64,000 nt of DNA from an uncultured Flavobacteriaceae bacterium. Lineage in GTDB: Bacteria > Bacteroidota > Bacteroidia > Flavobacteriales > Flavobacteriaceae. Under the pieces are notes generated by a model that did not search any database, was not told where the DNA came from, and saw only the letters and a list, made by a program, of their open reading frames with translations. The translations under genes were made by a program, and so were the position numbers. The stretch lies in the NCBI GenBank assembly GCA_963741775.1, contig CAVUJH010000015.1, forward strand, positions 18,742 to 82,741, in the 5' to 3' direction. Shown one piece after another: positions 19,882-29,399 of this stretch (position 1 is the stretch's first letter; every line of letters starts with the position of its first letter).

Positions 19882-21276
19882 CTAAAGGGAATTGATAAAA
19901 GCAAGCAATTGCCCGCGTTGCCTGGCGTTTAAGGCCTTGAATTTATTCTTCGACGCCAGGGCTTCCCCTCCATGCCACAGGATTGCTTCTGTAATATTTT
20001 TGGCCCTGCCATCATGAAGATAATCGGTATGGCCATTTACAACCTGGGTAAGTCCTATTCCCCATAGCGGCCTTGTCTTCCATTCCCGGCCATCGGCAAG
20101 ATAATCGGGGCGGTTATCTGCCAGACCTTCGCCCATATCATGTAAAAGCATATCGGTATAAGGATAAATGCTTTGATTGGCGATAGCTGAAATTTCGCTG
20201 GAACCCGTCTGCATTTCAGGAATATGGCATTTAGCACAGTCTATTTGTTCAAAGATATCTTCACCTGCAATGACATCGGCATCATCTATATCCCGGGGAG
20301 CCGGAACTGCAAGGGTTTTACAGTAAAAGACCACCTGATCTATAACATCGTTCTCCACCTCCGGATCGTCTCCCAGGCCATCATCTCCATTCGTCTGCCC
20401 ATACCCGGTTTCATAGGGTAAAAAGTAACTTGTGATCCCCATATCCCCGTTATAGGCGCCGGCACATTGCTCGAGGACACTTGAGGTATTAGCCTTCCAG
20501 CCAAAACGTCCCAGTTTTGTAGTTTTGGTCTCTATATCATAAACATAATTAGCCTTCCCGGAGATCCCGTCACCATCGGCGTCACTAACATCCTGATACT
20601 GGAGAATATTACTTTCCGGTACAGCTTCTAAAAGCCCTAATCCAAACACCGGAGGCGCCAGCCTGGGAGAAAGCATTGTATTTTCGGGAAGTTCATAATA
20701 AGGCGCTACGATCTTATAAATTGGCTTTTGAAGCACCACCTGGGTACCATCATCAAAAGTTTCGGTTACAGAAGTATAGGTAACCTGGAATTTAGCTTCA
20801 GGTTCATAGCCAAAAATCGCCTGATTCTGAATCTGTGTTCCATAACCAGGAACGGGCTTAGGACCTCCAAATTCATTGGTACCCGGAATGCTTACCCTGA
20901 AGAAAAATCCGCTCAGGGCATTAATATCTGAAGGGAATGCCGCTCTTCCATCACGGCTATGACATGAAACACAGGAGGTATTATTAAAGATCGGGCCTAT
21001 CCCTCCGTTTACTTCTGCAGGAGCAGTAACGAAAGCCGATTCAAAATGGGCATCCCCATCAAGATGTGCATCCATATCGGCTCCTTCCAGGTTAGCAGCA
21101 GGAGTACTGAAGGAGTTACTGGAGCTTAAAAAAGCCGTGGTTTCTCCACCTGCGTAAAGACGTGCTTCATTCACCGGAAGCGGTTCGTAATTTTCATCTT
21201 CATTATCCTTGGAACAGGAAATAACAGAAGCAGCTAATAGAGATAAAACAATGTACTTGCCTGCTTTATTTTTCAT
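19882..21276 (-). CDS. Di-heme oxidoreductase lipoprotein (DUF1111 family)
   Basis: Lipobox, CVSCH and CAKCH heme motifs, GRFGWKA, LHDGRA, ILWHGGEA. Confidence 0.88.
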   Translation of the reverse strand: MKNKAGKYIVLSLLAASVISCSKDNEDENYEPLPVNEARLYAGGETTAFLSSSNSFSTPAANLEGADMDAHLDGDAHFESAFVTAPAEVNGGIGPIFNNTSCVSCHSRDGRAAFPSDINALSGFFFRVSIPGTNEFGGPKPVPGYGTQIQNQAIFGYEPEAKFQVTYTSVTETFDDGTQVVLQKPIYKIVAPYYELPENTMLSPRLAPPVFGLGLLEAVPESNILQYQDVSDADGDGISGKANYVYDIETKTTKLGRFGWKANTSSVLEQCAGAYNGDMGITSYFLPYETGYGQTNGDDGLGDDPEVENDVIDQVVFYCKTLAVPAPRDIDDADVIAGEDIFEQIDCAKCHIPEMQTGSSEISAIANQSIYPYTDMLLHDMGEGLADNRPDYLADGREWKTRPLWGIGLTQVVNGHTDYLHDGRAKNITEAILWHGGEALASKNKFKALNARQRGQLLAFINSL

Positions 21277-21336
21277 TTTTCAATATCAAATTGAAGAGGC
21301 CGGCACTCAGTACCAGCCTTATATTAGAATTGTAGT

Positions 21337-22425
21337 TTATAAACCTGAGATAAGAGGTAAAAGTTTAGATTCAAGCACAGCCTTTAAGCCCGCTACTTTT
21401 TGCTGAGCCTCAGCTACCGCCTCCCGATCGTTTTCTATAGCTGTTGTAAAAGTTCCGGGAATTGCTTCTATTGCTGAAATAGATGCTTCTATTTTCGTCT
21501 CGATCTCTGCATCTAAAGCCGCATCATTTTTCGACACTACAGCAGATAAACCCGATGTAGCACTCCCATCTAAACTACCTTTATAAAGATTACGGATGCT
21601 TCTAATATTGTTCGCGAAATCAAGCTTTGAATTGTTGCTGAAACGGGACTCCTCGGCTTCAGGTTTTGCGCTCCCGTTATTCCCGTTTAGCGGCACTTCT
21701 ATCTTACCATTTGCAACCTCATCGACAATGATCACCATTCCTTCTCCTACTTCCTGTAAAGCCGCTTTTCTGGAACGATACAGAGAGCCTTCCTGACCGG
21801 CCTTGATGAAGTTTTCAGCAAAATTATTTTCATCGGGGTTCCAACCCATATAAAGCTGTCTGGTCTTATCTTCCAGATTTTGTGTTGCTGCCACCAAATA
21901 TTCTATTTGCCTCTCGGTAAGTTCGGCAGCAGATTTTTCACCCTCAAGTCCCCAGATAAGATATTCTATAGTATGGAATCCTCTTGCTTCGTTATTGCTT
22001 TCCAGTAAGGAAGCAGTGATCTCCTGATCGCTTTTCAGTATGTTGTTGATCGCGTTCACATCTACAGGCCAGGAATCGATCGCAGGGTCGATTCCCTGCG
22101 TGTCAACCGGGCCATAAAGAAAGCCTTCGCTTAATTCCCAGGGCGCCCTGGTATTCTTCCAGGCTTCCCTCACCTGCTCTAAGGATTCACTGTTCCCGAT
22201 CTCCAAGACTTTTGTCGTCTCATTGAGATTCCGGGCGTTTTCAAACAGATCTTTATAAGTTTCAGTAATGACGTTTAATGAAATATTTGTCAATACCTTA
22301 GTATAAAGTTCCGCGGAAGGATCGGTATTAGTGTCCGTTTCGTCCATAGGAGCATTATCACTACAGCTTAGTATTGAAAACTGAGTAAAAATGATCATTC
22401 CTAAAATGAAGATTCTATTTTTCAT
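21337..22425 (-). CDS. Imelysin-like (IrpA, peptidase M75) lipoprotein
   Basis: Lipobox, IDSWP, GFHTIEYL (GxHxxE), ESRFS.NS..DF..N. Confidence 0.88.
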   Translation of the reverse strand: MKNRIFILGMIIFTQFSILSCSDNAPMDETDTNTDPSAELYTKVLTNISLNVITETYKDLFENARNLNETTKVLEIGNSESLEQVREAWKNTRAPWELSEGFLYGPVDTQGIDPAIDSWPVDVNAINNILKSDQEITASLLESNNEARGFHTIEYLIWGLEGEKSAAELTERQIEYLVAATQNLEDKTRQLYMGWNPDENNFAENFIKAGQEGSLYRSRKAALQEVGEGMVIIVDEVANGKIEVPLNGNNGSAKPEAEESRFSNNSKLDFANNIRSIRNLYKGSLDGSATSGLSAVVSKNDAALDAEIETKIEASISAIEAIPGTFTTAIENDREAVAEAQQKVAGLKAVLESKLLPLISGL

Positions 22426-22451
22426 ATGAATATATATTGCGTGTTGAGTTA

Positions 22452-23831
22452 TTAAAATTCAAATCCCAGTCCTAAGGAAAATGTACGTTCGTGCTGTTTT
22501 TCGCCCGTGTATTGAAGTGTGCTCTGGTTATAATTTTCCGATCCCAAACGGCGGTCAGAATACTGAGCCTTTATAGCGATCTCAGGAAACACAAACCAGT
22601 TGAAGCCGCCGGTGATCACACTGCGCTGCCACCGTGGGTTATCCACAATGCTACCTTCGGTGTCCTGCATGGTGTCGTAATAATCGTAGCGCGCAAAGGG
22701 ATAGAACCTTTGAGAAGAAGTATTATTCAGCAAAGGCATAATATCATATCCAATTTCTGCGGAAAAACCCAATGCATTTTTGCCTACGGGATTCCGCTTC
22801 ACCCCAAGCTTATTAGAAAGATTGGCATTCTTATTAGAGACAATATTGGAGTTCTCCAGGTTCCCGTAAAGGAACATGGTGTTAAAGCGCAGGTTTCTTT
22901 CGTCGTAGGTGAGATGTGCCTCCGTAAGAGTCACATAAGCCGACTCGTCCATATCATTCTTGGGGCGATTGGCTGCCGCATTATTGATATATGCTGAAAC
23001 TCCTACGTAGGTATTTTTACTGTAGCCGAATTTGTAATCCAGCCTTCCTGCGAAGGCAAAAGATTCGGCATTCACCATATCAAAGCGCGTTTGATAACCC
23101 GTTTTAATCCAGGATCTCGAGGAAAAACCGCTGGCATCAAGGCCACTCACTACATAGAATTTATAGTTGAAACGACGGGCAAAGGTTCCGTAGAGTTCCA
23201 ATCCGTTCTCATACCAGCCCAAAGGAAGGATCTCATTTTCCATTTCCTGCCGGTGAGTTGTAAAATAATGAGTAGGCTCATCCAGGTTTTGGGCGAGGCC
23301 CACGTACATCTTGAGCCTCCCCGCCCGAATATTGAAATACGACCTTATCTTAAAGTCGATGTTAATCTGCTCAACCTTTACTTCGCCTCCCTGCTCGATC
23401 TCCTGTTCAAATTCCCCGAATTCTTCCTGATTATCAAACTCCAGGGACGCTCCTGTACCCCCGTGCTCAAATTCGATCTCCGATTTAAAACTTATTCGAT
23501 CAGAGAATTTGTAGGTCAGGTATAAATTGAGCCTTTCCGCATCCAATTTATCTTTAAGATTTGGATCGGTATCGTAGTCGTAATTGTAGTAATTCACCAC
23601 GCCATAGCCATTGAGGCCAAACCTGCTCCATCTTAAAAGCGAAGGTGCCCCCTCCTCAGCTTCCTCCTCTTCTTCGGAAGGGGAACCTTCAGATAATTCC
23701 TGGAGGATCTCTGTTTTAATCTGTTCTTTCAGCTCCTCCATTTTAGCCGAATCAGATCCGGTTTTTTCAATGTTTTGAGCATAGCTGTTAAACGTAAAAA
23801 TAAGAAGTGAAGCAAGCGCTATTTTATTCAT
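22452..23831 (-). CDS. Outer-membrane beta-barrel/porin of a putative iron-uptake operon
   Basis: Signal peptide, acidic linker, SEIEFEHGG motif, C-terminal Phe. Confidence 0.7.
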   Translation of the reverse strand: MNKIALASLLIFTFNSYAQNIEKTGSDSAKMEELKEQIKTEILQELSEGSPSEEEEEAEEGAPSLLRWSRFGLNGYGVVNYYNYDYDTDPNLKDKLDAERLNLYLTYKFSDRISFKSEIEFEHGGTGASLEFDNQEEFGEFEQEIEQGGEVKVEQINIDFKIRSYFNIRAGRLKMYVGLAQNLDEPTHYFTTHRQEMENEILPLGWYENGLELYGTFARRFNYKFYVVSGLDASGFSSRSWIKTGYQTRFDMVNAESFAFAGRLDYKFGYSKNTYVGVSAYINNAAANRPKNDMDESAYVTLTEAHLTYDERNLRFNTMFLYGNLENSNIVSNKNANLSNKLGVKRNPVGKNALGFSAEIGYDIMPLLNNTSSQRFYPFARYDYYDTMQDTEGSIVDNPRWQRSVITGGFNWFVFPEIAIKAQYSDRRLGSENYNQSTLQYTGEKQHERTFSLGLGFEF

Positions 23832-23884
23832 AATTATTCTAAATAAGCGGCAAATATATTTTTATTTAGATTTATTACAAATAA
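23824..23884 (-). promoter_or_regulatory. Two 23-bp imperfect palindromes (putative iron-repressor boxes) flanking a -7 promoter
   Basis: TTATTCATAATTATTCTAAATAA (23824-23846), TTATTTAGATTTATTACAAATAA (23862-23884), TATATTTG on the minus strand at 23851-23858. Confidence 0.6.
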
Positions 23885-24136
23885 AAATTAAGATATTTTT
23901 ATTTGTGGAAATCTTCAAATCACAGAGCTTTTCAGGAATTGAATACATCCATATCATGATTGAAATCTGAGCATCAATAACTTACATCCAAGAGGGAGGT
24001 GAAAATAAAATTCCGAAGAAACACAGAGATTTTTTTTGAAGATCAGTGGAAAATAAAAATCGGATTAGGCCAAAATCAAAACTTAAAGCATAGGATCTTG
24101 CTTTCTCTGCAAGAATTTTATTTTCCTGCAGAGAAC

Positions 24137-25000
24137 TTAATGATAAGCAGAAAATAGCTTCGAAGCCTCGTTAAAAGAGGATTCGAAACTGGTCATTTTC
24201 ACGTTGGTATCGGCTTTGACCTTGTTGAAGTAGGAAACCATTTTTTCGGTAGGCATATTCCCGGTTAGTTCGTCCTTGGCCATAGGGCAACCGCCAAAAC
24301 CCTGAATTGCACCGTCAAATCGCCGGCAGCCCGCCTGGTATGCCGCGTCTACTTTTTCGTGCCAGCTGGACGGAGTGGTATGCAGATGCGCCCCAAACTC
24401 AATATTGGGATACTGCGGAATAAGATTGGAAAAAAGATAATCGATAATATCGGGGGTAGAACTGCCCACGGTATCTGACAAAGAAAGGATCTTCACGCCC
24501 ATGGCTGAAAGCTTTTCGGTCCACTCCCCCACAATCTCCACATTCCACGGATCGCCGTAAGGATTTCCGAAGCCCATGGAAAGGTAGGCCACCACCTCCT
24601 TATCGTGCTTCCCGGCAATATCCAGGATCTCTTGGAGAATTTCCACAGATTCGGCAATGGTTTTATGAGTGTTCCGCATCTGGAAGTTTTCTGAAATAGA
24701 AAAAGGATAGCCTAAATAACGAATTTCAGCATGCTGCGCCGCATCATTCGCGCCACGGGTATTGGCAACAATAGCGAGTAATTTGCTGGTTGTCCTGGAA
24801 AGATCGAGCTTCTCAAGGAGAGCGGCTGTGTCTGCCATCTGCGGAATAGCTTTGGGAGAAACAAAACTTCCGAAGTCGATGGTATCGAAGCCGCAGCGCA
24901 AAAGAGATTGTATATATTGTGCTTTCTTTTCGGTAGGAATGAAATCCCTTATTCCTTGCATAGCATCCCGGGGACACTCAATGATCTTGACTTTTTCCAT
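24137..25000 (-). CDS. Hydroxymethylglutaryl-CoA lyase
   Basis: ECPRDAMQG, SFVSPKAIPQMAD, HLH, GFGGCP. Confidence 0.92.
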   Translation of the reverse strand: MEKVKIIECPRDAMQGIRDFIPTEKKAQYIQSLLRCGFDTIDFGSFVSPKAIPQMADTAALLEKLDLSRTTSKLLAIVANTRGANDAAQHAEIRYLGYPFSISENFQMRNTHKTIAESVEILQEILDIAGKHDKEVVAYLSMGFGNPYGDPWNVEIVGEWTEKLSAMGVKILSLSDTVGSSTPDIIDYLFSNLIPQYPNIEFGAHLHTTPSSWHEKVDAAYQAGCRRFDGAIQGFGGCPMAKDELTGNMPTEKMVSYFNKVKADTNVKMTSFESSFNEASKLFSAYH

Positions 25001-25098
25001 TTAGTTGCTGTCTACCTGAGCCCTTTTGATGTCGGAAATGACCAATAAGGGCATTAAAACTGCAGATTTCGCGTAAAGATAGCAGAATTATTATAGAA

Positions 25099-25258
25099 GT
25101 TTCAAGGTTTCAGGTTTGAAGTTTCGGGTTCCCCGTTCCCGGTTCTCGGTTCCCGGTTTCAAACAACAAACCAAAAACAACAAACACCACCGTCAGGCTG
25201 GGCGGCCGAAGCCCACTTTCCACCAATTTCAACTCCGAACTACAAGCTACGAACTACT
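25099..25258. repeat. Degenerate period-7 tandem repeat tract
   Basis: About 9 GTTnnnn units, then AACnnnn units, then a second AACT run at the pyrD stop. Confidence 0.75.
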
Positions 25259-26278
25259 TCTTCCGGTTTCAAGGATCTTTTTGTTGATCCTTTTGATAAG
25301 TTCGGGACCTTCGTAAATAAAACCGGTATAGAGCTGCACAAGGCTGGCACCGGCCTCGAGCTTCTCAAGGGCATCTTCGGCAGAATGAATTCCCCCTACC
25401 CCAATAATTGGAAAAGCCTTCCCGCTTTTTTCCGAAAGAAACCGGATCACCTCGGTCGACCGATCCTTAAGGGGTTTTCCGCTCAAGCCCCCGGTTTCGT
25501 TCCTGGCTGGAGAACTCAGGCCTTCGCGGGAAATGGTAGTATTGGTAGCTATGACTCCCGCTATACCGGTTTCCTTCACAATATCGATGATATCCAGCAG
25601 CTGAGAATCGGTAAGATCAGGGGCAATTTTGAGCAATATTGGCTTCTGTTTAGGTCTGGCCGCATTCATTTGCTGCAGGGTATCCAGCAAGCGCGTAAGC
25701 GGCTTCTTATCCTGCAACTCCCGCAGATTTGGAGTATTAGGAGAGCTCACATTCACCACAAAATAATCGACATAATCAAAAAGAGCCTCGAAACAGATCT
25801 TGTAATCGTTTACCGCTTCCTCATTAGGCGTCAGCTTGTTCTTGCCAATGTTCCCACCTATAAGCACATCCTTGTTCTTCTTAAGCCGCTGCACCATCTG
25901 CTCTACCCCGCCATTATTGAAACCCATTCGGTTGATGATCGCCTGATCGGCTTTCAGCCTGAAAAGTCTTTTTTTCTCATTACCCGGCTGGGGTTTGGGT
26001 GTGACCGTTCCTACTTCTATAAAGCCGAAACCAAGCGCAGAAAGCTCCTTGTAAAGCTGAGCATCCTTATCCATTCCTGCAGCCAATCCCACCGGATTTT
26101 TAAATTTCAACCCAAAAACCTCCCGTTCCAGCCGCGGATCTTCCATGCAGAATTTCTTCTTCATCAAAGCCGGAATTCCCGGAATTTTGAAGCTATTCCG
26201 GAGCATACTAAAGGTGAAATAGTGGATCTTTTCGGGATCACATTTGAAAAGCAGGGGGCGAATAAGTGATTTGTACAT
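25247..26278 (-). CDS. pyrD: Dihydroorotate dehydrogenase (quinone)
   Basis: [38 protein letters not shown]. Confidence 0.96.
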   Translation of the reverse strand: MYKSLIRPLLFKCDPEKIHYFTFSMLRNSFKIPGIPALMKKKFCMEDPRLEREVFGLKFKNPVGLAAGMDKDAQLYKELSALGFGFIEVGTVTPKPQPGNEKKRLFRLKADQAIINRMGFNNGGVEQMVQRLKKNKDVLIGGNIGKNKLTPNEEAVNDYKICFEALFDYVDYFVVNVSSPNTPNLRELQDKKPLTRLLDTLQQMNAARPKQKPILLKIAPDLTDSQLLDIIDIVKETGIAGVIATNTTISREGLSSPARNETGGLSGKPLKDRSTEVIRFLSEKSGKAFPIIGVGGIHSAEDALEKLEAGASLVQLYTGFIYEGPELIKRINKKILETGRSSS

Positions 26279-26381
26279 AATGGCAGGTTTGTGCAAAAAT
26301 AGGTTAATTACCAGAATGATAAAGAATTTAAGCGGGTCTTTGCCCACTGCCCCTTTATGTTCAGAAGTTGATTAAATACAA

Positions 26382-26407
26382 AAAGAGCAGCCGTTTGGCT
26401 GCTCTTT
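26382..26407 (-). terminator. Intrinsic terminator after the TonB-dependent receptor
   Basis: AAAGAGCAGCC-GTTT-GGCTGCTCTTT. Confidence 0.8.
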
Positions 26408-26429
26408 CAATTTCCTAATTTCTAATCGG

Positions 26430-29303
26430 CTACTTCAAATCCAGGCTTAGCCTTGCAAACAGGAACCTTCCGGCCACCCCAAACTGCTGGGCTCTTCTGG
26501 ACCAGTCGAATCTTCCCGAACTGCGGTTCCCGTATTCTTCCTTAGCCCTATCGGGGTATATATCAAATAAGTTATTCGCTCCTACAGTAAGGGTGATCGC
26601 ATCTGTAGCTTTATACCCCACAGATAAATCGGTCACTATTTTGGAGCCAAAAACCTGTTGATTTGCTACGGTATTTACCGCCTCGGTCACTTCCCCAAAA
26701 TAAACGTTTCTCAAAAAGACATTAAATTTACCAGCCGTCAGGCTGTTACTAAGGTTTATTTTGGTTCTTGGTACAGCTTCTTCCAAATAAACACGACTGT
26801 CTTCAGGGAAATAAGTATCTACTAAACCTGCTCTTCTTAAAATATCTGAAGCCTGCACCGGCCCAACCTTTTTAGTTTTAGAAAGAGTGGCCGCAAGATC
26901 TGATCTTAATTGAACCCCGTTGCCGAAGAAAGCCTTGTGGGTAAGCACCAGGTCAACTCCTTTAGACTCAGTATCTATAGCATTGGCAAAGAAAGAGGCC
27001 GCGGTTGCGTTCGCCTGTGAAAGTAGATTATCCAATTCGGTGCCAGTACCAGGCCCTTCAAATTGCCCCGTGTAAACAATCCTGTCGTTAATAGCGACAA
27101 AATATCCATCTACCGTAAGCGAGATATTTGCATCAGGGATCTGTGCTGTAAATCCAAGGCTGATACTCTTCGAGGTTTCTTCTTTTAACTTCGGAATTCC
27201 TAAAAGTTGCGCGGCCCTACTGTCATTTGAGAAGGTTCCTACCTCCTGAGGATCTCCATTATTATCAAATATGGTAGAAGTTGAATTGAAGTAAAGCTGA
27301 TGCAAAGAAGGCGCACGGAAACCAGTATTTGCAGCCGCACGAATATTAATATTATCGGTAAGTTTATATCTCGTAGATAACTTGAAGTTAATGGTTGAAC
27401 CAAAATCAGAGTAATCCTCAAAACGAGTAGCAAAGGTCATTAAGAAAGCCGTGGTAATATCTGCCTCTACATCAAAATAACCGGCAATACTGCTACGCTG
27501 CCTGGAGAGTTCATTTTTAGGACTAAAGCCGGGAAAAACCTGAGAACCTCCGGGACGTGCATTTCCGAAGAAATCGGTTGCCGGTTGTTGATCTGCTCTG
27601 GTAATTACATCTCCATTTTCGGTATATTGCTCATAAGAAGCGCGTTCTCCGGCTACAATTTCATAGGTCTCAAGACGGTGCTCAGCTCCAAAAGCCAGGT
27701 TAAGGCCCTCCATAATATCCCCGAACAAACGGGAAACATCAAGATTAGTAGTATTCTGAGCAAAAGAGAAGCCCCCGGCATCGAAAGTAGTAGGAGAAGA
27801 ACTTTCCATAGAAGCATTGGAGGTATTGGAAATAAGATACATAAACTGATTTCTACCCCAGGTATTACTAAAATCCACATCCCAATCACTTATCACCCCG
27901 CGAATGCCAATGGCCACAGATTTATCATTGATCTTCGAGTTGATCTCAGGTAAAAAACCATTAATATAAATAGGCGTATAGGTCCTGCTTTGGTTTGGCA
28001 GGCGATAAAAGCCGGCAGAATTCCCCCTTCGGGAACTAATCCCGGCAAAGGAATATACTTCGGTCCCCTTATCATCCAGGGGTAAAGACATATTAGCAAA
28101 CAATCTACCTCCCCTAAGAGCCGATTGACCAACCCGCATATTAAAATCGCTGCGCACAAGTCCGCGCGCATCAAGTTCATCTCCGGTTACATCAAAATCT
28201 AAAAGTGACTGTAGCGTTTCCCTGTCTGAAGCATTACTTATTTCCTGTTTCAAATCTGAACTAAAATAAGACACATTCTGTGCAAACTGTTGTATCTGCT
28301 CATTTGTCAAGGAAGAAATATCGGCTCCACTATTTTGGGCAACGCGCTCTATGGCATTATAGCCATTGAAAATAGAGCCCTCCCATTCCTTCATTCGGTT
28401 GTAATCCTGGCGATAATCAAAATCCCCGGCAAAAGTAATAGAGCCTCCTTTATCACCTAACGGAATACCATAGCTGGCAGCCACATTTACGGTTTCACCA
28501 TCAACGCCTCCCGTTTGTTCATTGGAATATTTTGAAAAATTCGCGCCAGTAGTAACGTCCAGATTCAGTTCATTGACATCATCCTTTAAAACTATATTAA
28601 TAACCCCGGCAATAGCATCTGACCCGTACTGAGCGGCAGCCCCATCCCTAAGGACTTCAATTCTTTGAATGGCCGCAGCCGGAATAGCATTCAGGTCGGT
28701 ACCCACGCTACCTCTACCAAAGGTTCCGTTCACATTTACAAGCGAGGAATTGTGCCTTCTTTTCCCATTTATAAGCACCAAAACCTGATCTGGTCCCAAC
28801 CCTCTGAGAGAGGCAGGATCAATATGGTCTGTTCCATCCGAAATCGTTTGGGTATTTGAAGAAAATGAAGGTGCCACATAATTCAACATCTGGTTAAGGT
28901 TTACCTGTGGCAAGGCGGTAGACATTTCCTTTACATCCAGCACATCTATCGGGACGGTAGATTCCACTACAGTCCGACTGCGGTTCCTGGAACCCACCAG
29001 CACCACCTCGCTTAGTGCCATTCCCGAGACCATGGTAACATTGATCTCTTCCTGGTCTATTTCTACCTCCCGGGCATCATAACCCACAAAAGTAAATACC
29101 AGGGTTTGTCCTAAAGAGGCTTCGAGTGAATACTTCCCATCAAAGTCAGTAATAGTTCCCCTGTTCGTTCCTTTAATCGCGACAGATACTCCCGCTAAAG
29201 GTTGGTCATTTTCGTCCACAACGGTTCCGTTCACTTCCTGAATTTGTCCCTGGACAATCCAACCCACGAAGAAAAAGCAGAACATCAAGTATTTTTTTAT
29301 CAT
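26430..29303 (-). CDS. TonB-dependent receptor with N-terminal CarboxypepD_reg-like domain
   Basis: GTITDFDGKYSL, plug LRGLGPDQVLVLING, IEVLRDGAAAQYGSDAIAGVINI. Confidence 0.93.
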   Translation of the reverse strand: MIKKYLMFCFFFVGWIVQGQIQEVNGTVVDENDQPLAGVSVAIKGTNRGTITDFDGKYSLEASLGQTLVFTFVGYDAREVEIDQEEINVTMVSGMALSEVVLVGSRNRSRTVVESTVPIDVLDVKEMSTALPQVNLNQMLNYVAPSFSSNTQTISDGTDHIDPASLRGLGPDQVLVLINGKRRHNSSLVNVNGTFGRGSVGTDLNAIPAAAIQRIEVLRDGAAAQYGSDAIAGVINIVLKDDVNELNLDVTTGANFSKYSNEQTGGVDGETVNVAASYGIPLGDKGGSITFAGDFDYRQDYNRMKEWEGSIFNGYNAIERVAQNSGADISSLTNEQIQQFAQNVSYFSSDLKQEISNASDRETLQSLLDFDVTGDELDARGLVRSDFNMRVGQSALRGGRLFANMSLPLDDKGTEVYSFAGISSRRGNSAGFYRLPNQSRTYTPIYINGFLPEINSKINDKSVAIGIRGVISDWDVDFSNTWGRNQFMYLISNTSNASMESSSPTTFDAGGFSFAQNTTNLDVSRLFGDIMEGLNLAFGAEHRLETYEIVAGERASYEQYTENGDVITRADQQPATDFFGNARPGGSQVFPGFSPKNELSRQRSSIAGYFDVEADITTAFLMTFATRFEDYSDFGSTINFKLSTRYKLTDNINIRAAANTGFRAPSLHQLYFNSTSTIFDNNGDPQEVGTFSNDSRAAQLLGIPKLKEETSKSISLGFTAQIPDANISLTVDGYFVAINDRIVYTGQFEGPGTGTELDNLLSQANATAASFFANAIDTESKGVDLVLTHKAFFGNGVQLRSDLAATLSKTKKVGPVQASDILRRAGLVDTYFPEDSRVYLEEAVPRTKINLSNSLTAGKFNVFLRNVYFGEVTEAVNTVANQQVFGSKIVTDLSVGYKATDAITLTVGANNLFDIYPDRAKEEYGNRSSGRFDWSRRAQQFGVAGRFLFARLSLDLK

Positions 29304-29399
29304 AACAAATTGTTTAGTTTTTTAAATATACGTTAATTTAACTAACAACCTGTTACGTCTTAATTATCCTTAATGTTAAAATATTAATTTATACACATT

